NCBI RefSeq assembly: GCF_006345805.1
Contig: NC_043006.1
Span: 54,932,001 to 54,996,000 of the forward strand
Reading direction: 5' to 3'
Length of the DNA: 64,000 nt
Origin: Octopus sinensis
Lineage: Eukaryota
Shown: piece by piece, positions 28,270-40,200 of the stretch
How the letters are laid out: every line of letters begins with the position of its first letter
Position numbering within the stretch: the stretch's first letter is position 1
Translations under genes and position numbers: made by a program
Notes under the pieces: model-generated
What the model was told of the DNA's origin: nothing
Database searches by the model: none
Seen by the model: only the letters and a program-made list of their open reading frames with translations

Positions 28270-28760
28270 ATAAGCAAGCACGAGGGAATCTATTGGGCAT
28301 TAGAGAGTCTATAGAATGCCTGGAAATTTCTAGAGAAATAGATGATACTTAATGTTACTAAGGTGGGTATTCAGAAAGCATAGTAACCAGAATAAGAATG
28401 GGTTGGAAAAACTCAGGGAGCTATTACAGCAGTTGGCAACAAAGGGCTTTTCACTCAGAGTGAATGGCAAGTTGTGTGATGCTTGTGTTTGAAGTGTGAT
28501 GCTGTACAAAATAAAAATAGGAGCCTTGATTGCAGAGGACCTGCAGAGACCAGACAGAAATGAAACAAGCATGTTCTACTGGATATGTAAATATTAGTGT
28601 GAAAAAACAATATAATACAAGTGAAATGAGCTGGTTCAGGCATGTAACGTATGGAAGATGACAGCTGTCAAAATGAGTGCAACCCATGGAAATGGAAGCC
28701 TCAGAAAAACTTGGAATGAAGGGGTGAAGTCATGTCTTTGATCATAGGCTTGACCTGGGA
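28270..28760 (+). mobile_element. RTE LINE fragment (Cys-cluster family)
   Basis: agcatagtaaccagaataagaatgggttggaaaa...gagctatta...aacaaagggcttttcactcagagtgaatggcaagttgtgtgatgcttgtg aligns by eye with 16487-16600. Confidence 0.65.
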
Positions 28761-29242
28761 TTAACCAACAACCTAAACATAAGACACACACATACATTTT
28801 AGTTTTTCCATACATAGGCTGTGATGCACCTGGACACCCCTTCAGTGATATTTCCTGGGGTCATTGGGTGTTTCAGGCCTTTCAATAATCAGATATCATC
28901 ACCCAGATGACCTAGCCAGGGTTGATCAAGCCCTAGCTTGTGTCCATTTAACACTATCTCTGGTAGGATTATTGCTTCCAGGAGTCACACCAGGTCCATA
29001 GCCACTTCGAGGTAACCTCTGCTGGCTCCATGGTCTTCCACCTACTGCCCCCTCTGAAGTACAGCATGTTGTAGGCTCTGCAGAGGGAATGGCCAGGAAA
29101 TCCTATGCATCTCACCTAAATGGGCATCAGCACAGCTTCACCTGATCAGCAGGTTTCATTCTTTTTCTTTTATTTGTTTCCTTAATGCAATGCATGTCAT
29201 ATATCTAACAAAGTAAAAAGAAAAAACAGAGAAGATACATAC

Positions 29243-29344
29243 CCTAGGCTTTTCTCCAACTGTGTCTGTCCAGTATTTATGAAATTTCACAATATTTGGA
29301 TGGTCCAACTGAATCAAATTGTCAAAAACCTGTCGAATTTTTTC
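29243..29344 (-). CDS. NRBP1: NRBP coding exon 3 (102 nt)
   Basis: tatttcag|GAA...AGG|gtatgt; EKIRQVFDNLIQLDHPNIVKFHKYWTDTVGEKPR. Confidence 0.96.
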
Positions 29345-29989
29345 CTGAAATATAAAGAGAATAAATCATAGCTTTAACATTTTAAAACATTTTCTTGTTT
29401 TAATATGGATTAGAAGGAATTTGTCATGGCAGATGTTCTATGACTGGATGCTCTTCCTGTTGCTAACCCTTACCAAGTAAGGTAAAAATCCCTCATTATC
29501 AGTCATGTTTTCATAGAAGAATTGAAACAAAATACACTGTATGATGGTAGCACTTGCTTACAGCTATCATCTGATGTGAAGGCAAGGTGACAACACACAC
29601 ACAACCTCTTTCAGTTTCCACCCACTAAATTCACTCACAAGGCTTTGATCAGCCCGGGGCTACACTTGCCCTAGGTGCCAAACAGTGGTATTGAACCCAG
29701 AACCATGTGGTTAGTAAGCAAGCTTCTTTGCCACAACTGAAAGAAACAGATTTATTGTTGTGAGAGGATGGTAGCAAAGAGTGTAACAGAGAGAACAGTG
29801 TTGAAAGAGTAACTATAGAAGAGAAAGGGAGGCATAATTTCAAGGAGACAGATATTAATAACAATATATATTATTAGGTATCAAATTTTTTTTTTGCATG
29901 TCAACATCCTGGTCACTGATACTTTACTTCACTGTATCATACATATTCACTTATTTCTTACAACGCAAAATCTAGTGTATATGGAAAAC

Positions 29990-30500
29990 CTCTGAAGAGA
30001 ATTATAAAGGCAATCTAGTTTAATCCCCCATCAATTCTAGATGAATCCTCTAATGTGACTAGAAGCTTCTAGTCCCTAATTAGACATTTCCCAAGCATCC
30101 AAAGGTATCATAAACTCTTTAATTGTCCATATTAAAATTAACTACTCATGTTTCAACAACACTGCAAGCTATAAAAGAAACAAACACGCTTCCATGTAGT
30201 TTCCTCTTATACTCCAACGTGCAATAACCAAAAACTTACCACCTGCCCACTGGGAAAATCCTGGCAGTCAAAGGCTATGGCCTGTAGCAGAGGTGGGCAA
30301 CCATTTTTGAGAAGTAGATAGCGTAAGACATGGCTCATTGTCAGTTGGGGTGCAATATAAAAGTGCCATTTGGAAAGTCCCATTGGCCGCAGTTAGCCGA
30401 TGACTTGTCTATAGAGCCACCCTCACACTATCCAAAGGAATCATAATATACTACATGAGCATAAAAGCCACAAATAGAGCATCTTTGAAAGGACCCCTCC
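29990..30500 (+). mobile_element. Penelope-like element C-terminal fragment (thumb to GIY-YIG)
   Basis: FNPP...SLIRHFP..RYHKLFN..IKINYSC...TCPLGKSW..AM-VYRATLT resembles WFNPP...KHFP...KIFN...KISYSC...CPL...VY. Confidence 0.65.
30288..30406. mobile_element. Old hAT MITE inserted in a Penelope-like fragment
   Basis: Degenerate TIR cagaggtgggcaac / gttagccgatgactt; TSD gcctgtag / gtctatag; removing it restores KAM-VYRATLT. Confidence 0.55.
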
Positions 30501-30584
30501 CTACTTACATGCAGTTTTCTAATTGGTGACTGCTCGTGAGAAACTTCATGTGCTACAATGCCAGTAGAATCCATCAACAAGAAA

Positions 30585-31120
30585 ACTGATATATCGTATA
30601 GTTGTCATCAGAGAACTGTCCAATTCATGAACTTCAAACCACTGACTACTTGATACCCTAGAAACACTTCACTAGCCAGAGTTGGCTCATGCACAAATGC
30701 AGGATAAGCAGTCAATATGGTTGCCCACATTAAAATTATTTCACTTTCGTGCACATTTAGTGTGGTTTACCAACACCAAGCTTAAAAATAACAGCACGCA
30801 GCTGTGCATGATATGCCAACTGAATTGTAACCTGACACCAGTTGACTGGTTAGCTTACCATGGGAAACTGTATCAATAGTTGGTACTGCTCAATTCACAA
30901 ACTGTACAGATTTCCAATTAATTCATGCCACAGGACTGTTCCCTCTAACATGTGGTAGCATATGCAACATGACCTGCTGTCAATGTTAATCAAATTATAC
31001 ACATGGTGTGAACTGATCAATGGAGGTCTAACTAAATATTTTCAGCTAGAAGCTATCTTTAAATTCTTCCTACTCTGACTATGCCTGAAGATGTAGATCT
31101 GTGCCTACAAAACATCTGAG
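30585..31120 (+). mobile_element. Second, tandem Penelope-like C-terminal fragment
   Basis: KTDISYSC, CRISSQYGCPH, VVYQ, QLEAIF and end motif ctgaagatg...caaaac. Confidence 0.45.
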
Positions 31121-32408
31121 TTATGGAGAGCTCAGCTAACTTGTTATTAAATACAACTTAAGCTATGTGTTGAGTGCTACTTTCTTTCACTTGCTCACTA
31201 TGTACATGTACTATGCATATACATACATACATATATTCACCCACATATACTCAGTATAAATTATACACATGCACAAACATACTAAGTGTAAATTGTAAGT
31301 AAATGTGTGTTTACCCCCCCTCCCCCACACGCACAGAGCTGAGGCTGTAAATAATTCAATGTTCGGTATTCGAAAACCTGCTGGGAAATAAAAAAGCTTC
31401 AGCAGAAACATAATAACATACTTGTTTACATCAAACAACTATAGACCTGCCCTTGCAAGATGTGTTCAGGTGCTGAATCAAAAGAATGTATGAAATATTA
31501 TACACACACACATAAAGAGTCCATGAAGTAAACAATGGAATAAATAAAAGAATGTTGCAACCACTCAAACAAGAATTAGATCACACATCATTTGCTGGCT
31601 AGCCATGCATAATAACACAGCACTCGTATTATCTTTTGATTTTTGATGTTAAAACACGCACCGTCATCATTATAACATCTACTTTTTCTTTGCTCACATA
31701 GATCAGATGGAAGATTTTTTTTTTCAACTACTACAGCCTGATGCCCTCTTCCTGTTGCCAACACTTACCTGTTTCCAAGAAAGTAATGTTTTTCCCTAGG
31801 TCTTCAAATAGTAAACAGCTTGATAGCGAGCATGTTTTCCCAAAAGGTTACGAACAAATTTGTATGACTGTTGAGATTTGATTACATTCAGTGTGCAGAT
31901 GTCAATATAGGGAAGAGACAGGTGTGTGAGTTTACACACACACAAACAGACTTACAGTTTTTATCCAACAAATTCACTCACAAGATTGATTGGCAGTAGG
32001 GCTGAATTTGAAACCAAAATGTTTATGAGACAAACTTCTTCATCCCACACACAAATTTATAAGTGCGAGCATGGCTGTGTGGTTAGGAAGTTTGCTTCCC
32101 ATCCATGTGGTATTATGTCAAGTCCCACAGTGCGGCACACTGAGCATTTGTCTTCTTCTACAGCCCCAGGATGACCAAAGCCTTGTGAGTGGATTTGGCA
32201 GATGGAAATTGAAAGAAGACCAATTTGGCAACCATAATCATCCAAGAGCAGAACAGGCTACCTTCCTCTTCCTCACCACAGAATCACTCCAGTTATCATT
32301 ATTTTCCCTGTCCACTGTTTCCACCAATCATCTCATTATATTATGTCCAGTATACAGTAAATATATTTCCAATATCATATACAATAATAAACTCTACCAT
32401 TGTGTTAA

Positions 32409-32622
32409 CCCTTTTGTTATCAACCCAGCTGAAACTGGCTCTGAGTACAAATGTTTTGTTTTCATAAGTTTTGAATTAAAATCTTCCACCAAACCTTAGT
32501 CACAAGTTATGTTCCTAACACTAGCTGAATGATAACTAAGCTATTTTATTAAATTCTTTGTTATATTTGAAGTAATTGAAAGAAACACAGAGCATCTCAA
32601 AATAAATACAGTAATGAAAGGG
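32409..32622. mobile_element. piggyBac-type MITE
   Basis: TTAA|cccttttgttat ... gtaatgaaaggg|TTAA. Confidence 0.8.
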
Positions 32623-33725
32623 TTAACCTCAGATTAGTTAAAATGGATACCCTTTCCTCCAATAGTTTAACAGAGGTTTTTAATTTGAGATCAGATTCTA
32701 TCCCCTTATTTCATGTATTTAGTTGTAAAAGAAAATCCACCAATATACTAACTAATACAAAACAATGCAAGGCTAAAAGAAGGAACATTCATAATAATAA
32801 TCATTATACTTCACATTAGATTTCAACATAGCGTCATCATAAGATTATAAAACATTCTTAAGTAAGATCTTCACCATCATCGTCATCTCAATGTCCACTT
32901 TTCCATGCTTGCATAGAGCCAGATACCCTTCATGTTATGAATCCTCACCTATTTTCAAGCAAGGTAATATTCCACACTGGCAAGACATGATTTCACAGAA
33001 TATTGGAAATAAATGACATTGCTTATATGACAGTGAGAATAATTTTACAACTATCACAAATCCACCTTCAAGTCTGGTCCATTTGGAGATATAGTAGAAG
33101 GCAGTTGCTCAAGTTGCCATACAATAGGCCTGAACTAAAAAACTATGTGGTTGGGAAGCAAACATTTTAACCACACAGCCATATCTGTGCCTATAACAGT
33201 CCCAAGTAATAATATGCAAGGGACCTGCTCTGCCCACCTCTCTCATAGTAATCCCCCATCGTCCCCTAGCATGAAGTTGAACCAGCCACCTATCCCAGGG
33301 CTGTGAACTGCATGGTGACCTCAATAGTGTGGGTGGCACACACAAAAAAAAAAGCACTCTGTTTATGTTGTAAAGTGGATGGCATTAGGAAGGGTATCCA
33401 GTTGTAAAAACCATGTCAAAGCAGACACTGGACACACTGGTTCATGTCAAACCATGCAACTCATGCCAGCATAGAACATGTACATTATATAACGATGATG
33501 ATGCATTATTGTAGATCTTGTGTTGCATATATCTGCTGATAAAGCATACTTGACTTAATCCTGGTAATCTAGTTATTATCAGACTTATACAGTCTTTATT
33601 TTATTGACCATATTTTCCCCAATGCCAGTGTCACCATAACAGCACCTGAGAATATAGTCTGCAGTTCATATCTAAATTACAATAATCACAATCTATTTCA
33701 GTGGTGCAATACTCACTTAATTTGT

Positions 33726-34110
33726 GGAGGCGCAATGGCCCAGTGGTTAGGGCAGCGGACTTGCGGTCATAGGATCGCGGTTTCGATTCCCAGACCGGGC
33801 GTTGTGAGTGTTTATTGAACGAAAACACCTAAAGCTCCACGAGGCTCCGGCAGGGGATGGTGGTGATCTCTGCTGTACTCTTTCACCACAACTTTCTCTC
33901 ACTCTTACTTTCTGTTTCTGTTGTACCTGTATTTCAAAGGGCCAGCCTTGTCACTCTCTGTGTCACGCTGAATATCCCCGAGAACTACGTTAAGGGTACA
34001 CGTGTCTGTGGAGTGCTCAGCCACTTACACGTTAATTTCACGAGCAGGCTGTTCTGTTGATTCGGATCAACCGGAACCCCCATCGTCGTAACCGACGGAG
34101 TGCTTCCATC
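33726..34110 (+). mobile_element. Young tRNA-derived SINE, full length
   Basis: Head ggaggcgcaaTGGCCCAGTGGttagggcagcggacttgcggtc (A box) and ggtttcgattcc (B-box-like); about 300 bp non-tRNA body; many CpG retained. Confidence 0.85.
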
Positions 34111-37100
34111 CACTCACAACAACAACCTTATTATTGGAATGTTGGACAAAATGCCTTGTAATATTTGTTCCAGCTCTTTATGCTCTGAGTTCAAATCCCA
34201 ATGAGGTCGACTTTGCCTTTCATCCTTCCAGGCTTGATAAAACAAGTTTTTGGGTTTATATATTCAACTCTTCCCTCCTTTACCCAAACCTTTGGCCTTG
34301 TGCTTATGTTAGAAATGAAATCATGATTAATGTTGGTTTCTACTTTAGACACAAGGGCCAGCAATGGCTTTAAGGGTATTGCAAAAGACCTGGTTGAAGG
34401 CCCAACCTCCCAAGTTTTTTTTTTACAGGGTTTAGAAAAACTGAAAGGCCACTGTAACAAGTGTGTGAATCTGAGAGGGGAAACATGTTCAATAAAATCA
34501 TAATTAACTGATCTTCCTGTGCTTTTCTTATTTTACTCAAAGCCAGTAACTTTCCAGCACCCTTCGTATGCATTAAATATATTTGTGAAGAAATAATTTG
34601 TAGGCATGTAGGCAGAAATCGTCCTTACTTAAAACTTAAAAATACAAAATTAGTATACAATTCAAGAGGCATTATTACAAATTAGTCTTATGGTAAACAC
34701 AGAAAATTATCTAATTTAGCTTGTTAGATCTTTACACATTAGTATATTTAAGTAGTTTAGCTAATGAATAAATGTAACATACTTATAACTTCAAAGACTT
34801 TCTTTTAAGTCACTAGCTGTGCATGCACACAGTAAAATATAAGAACATAACTGCACTATAGTCTGGTAACAAGATATCATTTTTAATATGACTAATTTAT
34901 CAACAGCTGATCTAAAAAATGTGGTGTATATTTGAAGCCACTTAATACAACATCATTTACAGGCAGCTTTTACATGGGTTGCTCAACTTTCTAGACATAG
35001 CAACCAAATCTCCAGCAAATTACTCATGCAATACTGACAGTTAATCATGCCATTTGATTCAAAAGTATTTTGGAAAGTTCCTACTCTAAAGATATCAGTA
35101 AGCTTGTAGATGTAGGCATGTAGGTCACACTGAGCAAAACATAGCAGTTCTTTTACTGATTGTTGTTGTTTAACCCTAAATCAACCCTTATTGACCAGAG
35201 GCATTCCAACTGCAACAACTCAGTCTTGTATTCATCTAGGATGACATAATCCAATGTAGCTGTTATTTATTTAAGATAAGTTGTGGTTCAAGGGAGATTT
35301 GGCTGTTATTTCTAGCAAGTCTAGTGATAATGTAGAGACTTCTCTATGGGCTCGAGTTCTTTTACTAGTTCATAGTGAAGGTTGACGTCACTATGGATAC
35401 TGTCTGGATGATAGTGATAGTAATGATGGAGAATGTTGGTAACAATAACATCTGATAATATGGTGACAGTATTGATGTTAGTAATGGAAGTGTGAGTGGT
35501 AATAACAATATGAATGATTATGATGGCAATAATAAACAGCTGGAACAATAACCATGCAAATAGTTAATTATGAATTCTGAAGAAGAAACAAGTTTAATAA
35601 ATTATTTGAATATAGCAGAGTTAATTGGTCATTATGAATGTTGACAAACAAGTAGTGCTTGGTAGATGGAAGATGACTGTTACAAGAGTGATATTTCAAA
35701 TATTTATCATTTATGTTTAATGCAAAAGACATTGGTCATGGCAAACTGTTTTCTGGTATATACACATATATACAGATAAGATGTTTGATTTCTGTAACAA
35801 TGGGTTCTCACACTGGTACCAGACTACAAAATGAAGTCACAAGTCAATTAAATTGACAATAACCAGAGAAAGCTTGATAACTATTCTATTAACCCTAGAG
35901 GATTGAAAGATAAGGTTCACAGGATTTGAATTCAGAATGCAGAGGAATTAAACTAAAGACTGTAAGGTCTTTAGTCACATACTCTGTGGACAGAAATAAT
36001 TTCTATCTTAAATATTAAAAACACCATATCCAAGTATCCCACATGGATAAGGAATGACTTAATTAGATTCCAACTGAATGTTTCAACAGATGATAGTTAA
36101 TTCTTGCACCAAGCAAATATAATAATGATTTCTTGCAATGACACAAAAAGATACAGATGTAGGGGAGATACACTGAATTAACCCCGGTACATAGCTGGTA
36201 CTTGTTTCATTAACTTCTGCATTAATCATAATTGTTTTTTATATAAGTACAAGGGTAGAAATTTTTTAGGGACAAGGCTAGTCAATTAAATAATCTGTAC
36301 AGGATTGGTGTATTATTTATTGACTTCTGCTAAAATTTGAAATCAATAATTATGTTAATTATTTCTATCCTTTCACCCTATCCAATCCTTTGAATCACTT
36401 CTCTTATATTCACTTTCCTGTAAGCTGAGGGTACACTCCGACACATCTTCACCATCATCTCTCTTTTCTAACTGGAGTAACCATGAATCTCCTTTATAAC
36501 AAGACATCTGTTCCTGTCCTATTATACTTAAACTTCTCATCACACAACATAAAGCCATTTCCCTCAACACTACACTCTGCTTAGTTGAAAATTGGAAACT
36601 CACAATATTGTTTGTATAATTTAGAGCCATCACATGAAGTTAGGACAAACATACATATATACACAAATGCATACATACACACAAGCTTCTTTCAGTTTCC
36701 ACCAATCAAATCCACTCACAAGGCCGTGGTCAGCTTGGGACTATAGTAGAGGACATTTGCCCAAGATGCAGTGAAGTGGAACTGAACCTGAGACCACATA
36801 GCCATGACTGTGCTTATAGCTATCCTTCCAACTGATAAACAGCTGCTTGTGATCAATGGAACAGATCAATTGCACATCTTAAGACATCAAACTTGAAATA
36901 AGGAGAATTGTTTGGAAATGGAAATTTTTCAAGACAAATTACTTGGTGGTCTAATTCATTTTGGTGTTCCAGCCCTTTTCTCTACTCCTAATATAAAGCT
37001 GCACCCCCAACTTTCTTGGGATTTGTAGCCTTGCAAGCTTCATGCTGACCGCACTGGCGCCAATGGCATGACAGAAGCACTAAGTACATGTCGTGAAGTG

Positions 37101-37283
37101 GTTAGCATTAAGAAAGGCATCCAGCCATAGAAAACAGTGGAACATGATGCAGTCCTTGGACTCATTGGATCCTGTCAAACCATCCAATCCATGTCAGTAT
37201 GGAACATTGACGTTAAATGATGGTGATAATTATTTATATGTATTATTAGTTAGGGTTTAGGGTCAGGAGGTTATGGTTTAAAG

Positions 37284-37594
37284 CAGTGGTTCCCAAAGTG
37301 GGTGGTATTGTCCCCTTGGGGGTGGTGGAAAGTTCCAAGGGAGCGTTGAAGATAAGTGGGGCGATAATGGGGTAGCGTTTCATGCAAAAAGTGGGGTGAT
37401 AATGGGGTAGTGATTCATGTAAAAACAACAAAATAATGGATTCATTAGGTTAAGTTTTATTTGTGAAATACAATTGCTTTGAATTTGCTTCAGAAAGAGG
37501 TCTATGTTTGTGATGGTTAGTTGGGGGTGGGGGCCCTAGATATGTGGCCTGGGTGTCAAGGGGGCGGCAATCCAAAAAGGTTTGGGAACCACTG
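37284..37594. mobile_element. hAT (Charlie-type) MITE, 311 bp
   Basis: TIR cagtggttcccaaa / tttgggaaccactg; perfect 8-bp TSD gtttaaag; internal 35-bp tandem duplication 37354-37423. Confidence 0.9.
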
Positions 37595-37942
37595 GTTTAA
37601 AGTCAGAGTTGGTCACAGAATAATTTTGAGAAAGGTGGAAAGGAACCTGTAAGAAAGAAATTTATAATAGAAAAAAACCCCTCCAGAAGTAACTAGGATA
37701 ACAAATAAAAGATTGAACATGACTGCATGAGAGTAAACTAGAAATAGAAGCACTAAAAAGCATTCTAAGTCTTGAACAATATGTAAGGCCCATCATACAC
37801 ATACACAATTGTCTTGGCATCCAATCACAGAATTTAAACATCTTCACATCCACACACAGCCATGCAAGAACTGAAAATATCTTCACTTGTATATAGAGAC
37901 ATCTATCAAACTAGTGAATGGCATAGACTTCAGCTATCTTAC

Positions 37943-38065
37943 CTGCTGTGCTTTAAAATTCTTCTTTTCTGAAAACTGGACCTCATTCCATACGACTTCC
38001 ATTCCCTCCTCTGTATCCATCGCCAAGAAGGCACTATCAATACCTGGAACATCTCGTTGTTCAAC
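37943..38065 (-). CDS. NRBP1: NRBP coding exon 2 (123 nt)
   Basis: ttctctag|GTT...CAG|gtaaga; VEQRDVPGIDSAFLAMDTEEGMEVVWNEVQFSEKKNFKAQQ. Not in the ORF track on this strand; read manually. Confidence 0.96.
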
Positions 38066-39874
38066 CTAGAGAATAGGAAAAAGCAAAACAAAACATAAAT
38101 TGGTCTTTTCAATATCAAAAATATTTCATCCAGCCATTGCTGCTTATGAAATAGAGCAATCTGAATGATGGCAACCTTAAATTTCCCCCTGATTATTTTT
38201 AGTCAACTCAGCTTCCGAATCTCAGTTGTCAACTAACTCTTTCTATGTTGACTGCCTGAACACAATTAGATTTTTTTTTTTGCAAACTGTCACAGAAACC
38301 AAATAGTTGACAGAAACAGTTTTCTAGAGAAACCAGACTTTATTGAAAAGGATATTGCCGTACATGTTGTTCTCAAAAGTTATCTGGTGAATCTGTACAT
38401 ATATTGACAGAATTGGAATTGTATGATCTAATAAAACACAGAGCAACCAGATGAAAGTAAATACAAAAATAATCAAACAGCATAATGTTTACTAAGACCA
38501 GCACATTGTTTTACCAATTCTAAACTGTAAAGTCTTGATATTCAGACATACTTTGAGATATGCAGTAAAGTTAATGTACAATCTTTTTTTATTTTTCATC
38601 TTTTCTTTACTTCTATCTTCTACAAGTTTGGAGTACAGAACAGTTTGTAAAATAAGACAAAGTTATGTGCCATCAGGAGGGGTGAGGTCTGATATTTCAG
38701 AGAGAGATCCAACAGGAAGGATTTTAAATGGAAACTTTTGGGGTGAGGGATTTTCTTCCCTATGCATTACATTATGGCCCCTAAGAAAAGTCTAGAATTT
38801 TGTCTATCTACATCAATGTTCAAAAGATTTTTCAACTCCAAGGAGAAGCCTTGCTTCATTAATTCTAAGAAGTAATCTAATTATTTATAACCTAATTCTA
38901 TAACAGAAAATGGAATGAGAAACCATTTAATCCCTTTGATAGTAATCCACCTGAGATTTCTCAAAGTATTTATCTTAAAAATATCAATGAAAATCTAAAA
39001 CATGAAGGATAATTTCAGATTGTCTACACCAATGTAAGGAGAGTTTCTATGGATTCAATTGAACAGATAGGAATGGTAGCAAAATGTCCCTCTGGATATT
39101 GTCCTGGGTTCCCAGCACACAGAAGACAGAATAGTCAAAGATGGAAGGTCTTTGATCATAGATCTGCTCAGTAATTTACTTCAGCAAAACAACCAATCCC
39201 AAAACAGAGGGAGTTTCTGGGGAGATCACTTTCCCATGTGAAAACAGTATCCCAAATCTCCACCAAATCACAACCTACTTTGAATAATGTAGACTTAAAT
39301 GTATTAAGTCTGAAAACAAAACTGGCTGGTCATGGCCGGAACACCTTTGATCATGAGCCTACTGGATGATGGCCAGGTTGAGGTTGGGGATAAATATATG
39401 GAATGCTGTGCATCAAAAATCTAATTAGAAATAGTAATTAAATCAAATGAAGAGAACATTAACTGAATGACAAATATTACATTAAGTCATTTCAGCAAGT
39501 ACTGGATCATCAGGTTCTGGATATGGGATTAAACTTCGACAACATAAGGTAGGAAGATAAAAGATACAGAAACTCCAGTTATCCACTTTCATTATTACTT
39601 TTTAATATTACACATGGGAAGACACAATGTGAGCGAATTGTATATAAGAAATTATTGATTTATATTTTGAGCGTGTGATTCTTTTTAGCTTCCCTGGAAT
39701 ATGACTGGTTAATGCAAAAAAATCTAATTTAATCATTATTATTAATAAAAAAATCATTATATAAACCATACATCCAAAATTAGACATGACAATGGAAAAT
39801 GTTTAGGATGCAATAATCTAAAATTTCATATGAAATGCAAATATATCTGTATATGTAACCAAAGTGCATATCAT

Positions 39875-40200
39875 CATCATTTAATGTCCACTTTTCATGC
39901 TAGCATGGGTTGGACGATTTGACAGGACTGGCGAACCAGATGGCTGTACCAGGCTCCAATCTGACCTGGCAGAGTTTCTACAGTTGGATGCTCTTCCTAA
40001 TGCCAACCACTCCAAGAGTGTAGTGGGTGCTTTTACATGCCACCGGCACAAGGGCCAGTCAGGCGGTACTGGCATTGGCCATGCTCAAATGGTGTTTTTT
40101 ATGTACCACCTGCACAGGAGCCAGTCCAGCATCACTGGCAACGACCTCGCTCAAATGTTTTTTTTTCATGTGCCACTGGCACAAGTGCAAGTAAGGCAAA
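39875..40200 (-). mobile_element. (GAT)n-tailed SINE 3' module
   Basis: catcatcatttaatgtccacttttcatgctagcatgggttggacg...ggatgctcttcctaatgccaaccactcc. Copies near 3885-4050, 7395-7480, 10015-10210, 25098-25340, 33210-33495, 37050-37225, 46720-47640, 61520-61760. Confidence 0.8.

Noticed and set aside
32071-32499. 142-aa ORF
   Set aside because: Spans a SINE and the start of a piggyBac MITE.
33726-33800. Possible tRNA gene
   Set aside because: A/B boxes present but no complete acceptor stem or oligo-T terminator; continues into a SINE body shared with 45075-45330.
35321-35548. Ile/His/Thr-rich ORF
   Set aside because: Decayed trinucleotide low-complexity tract.
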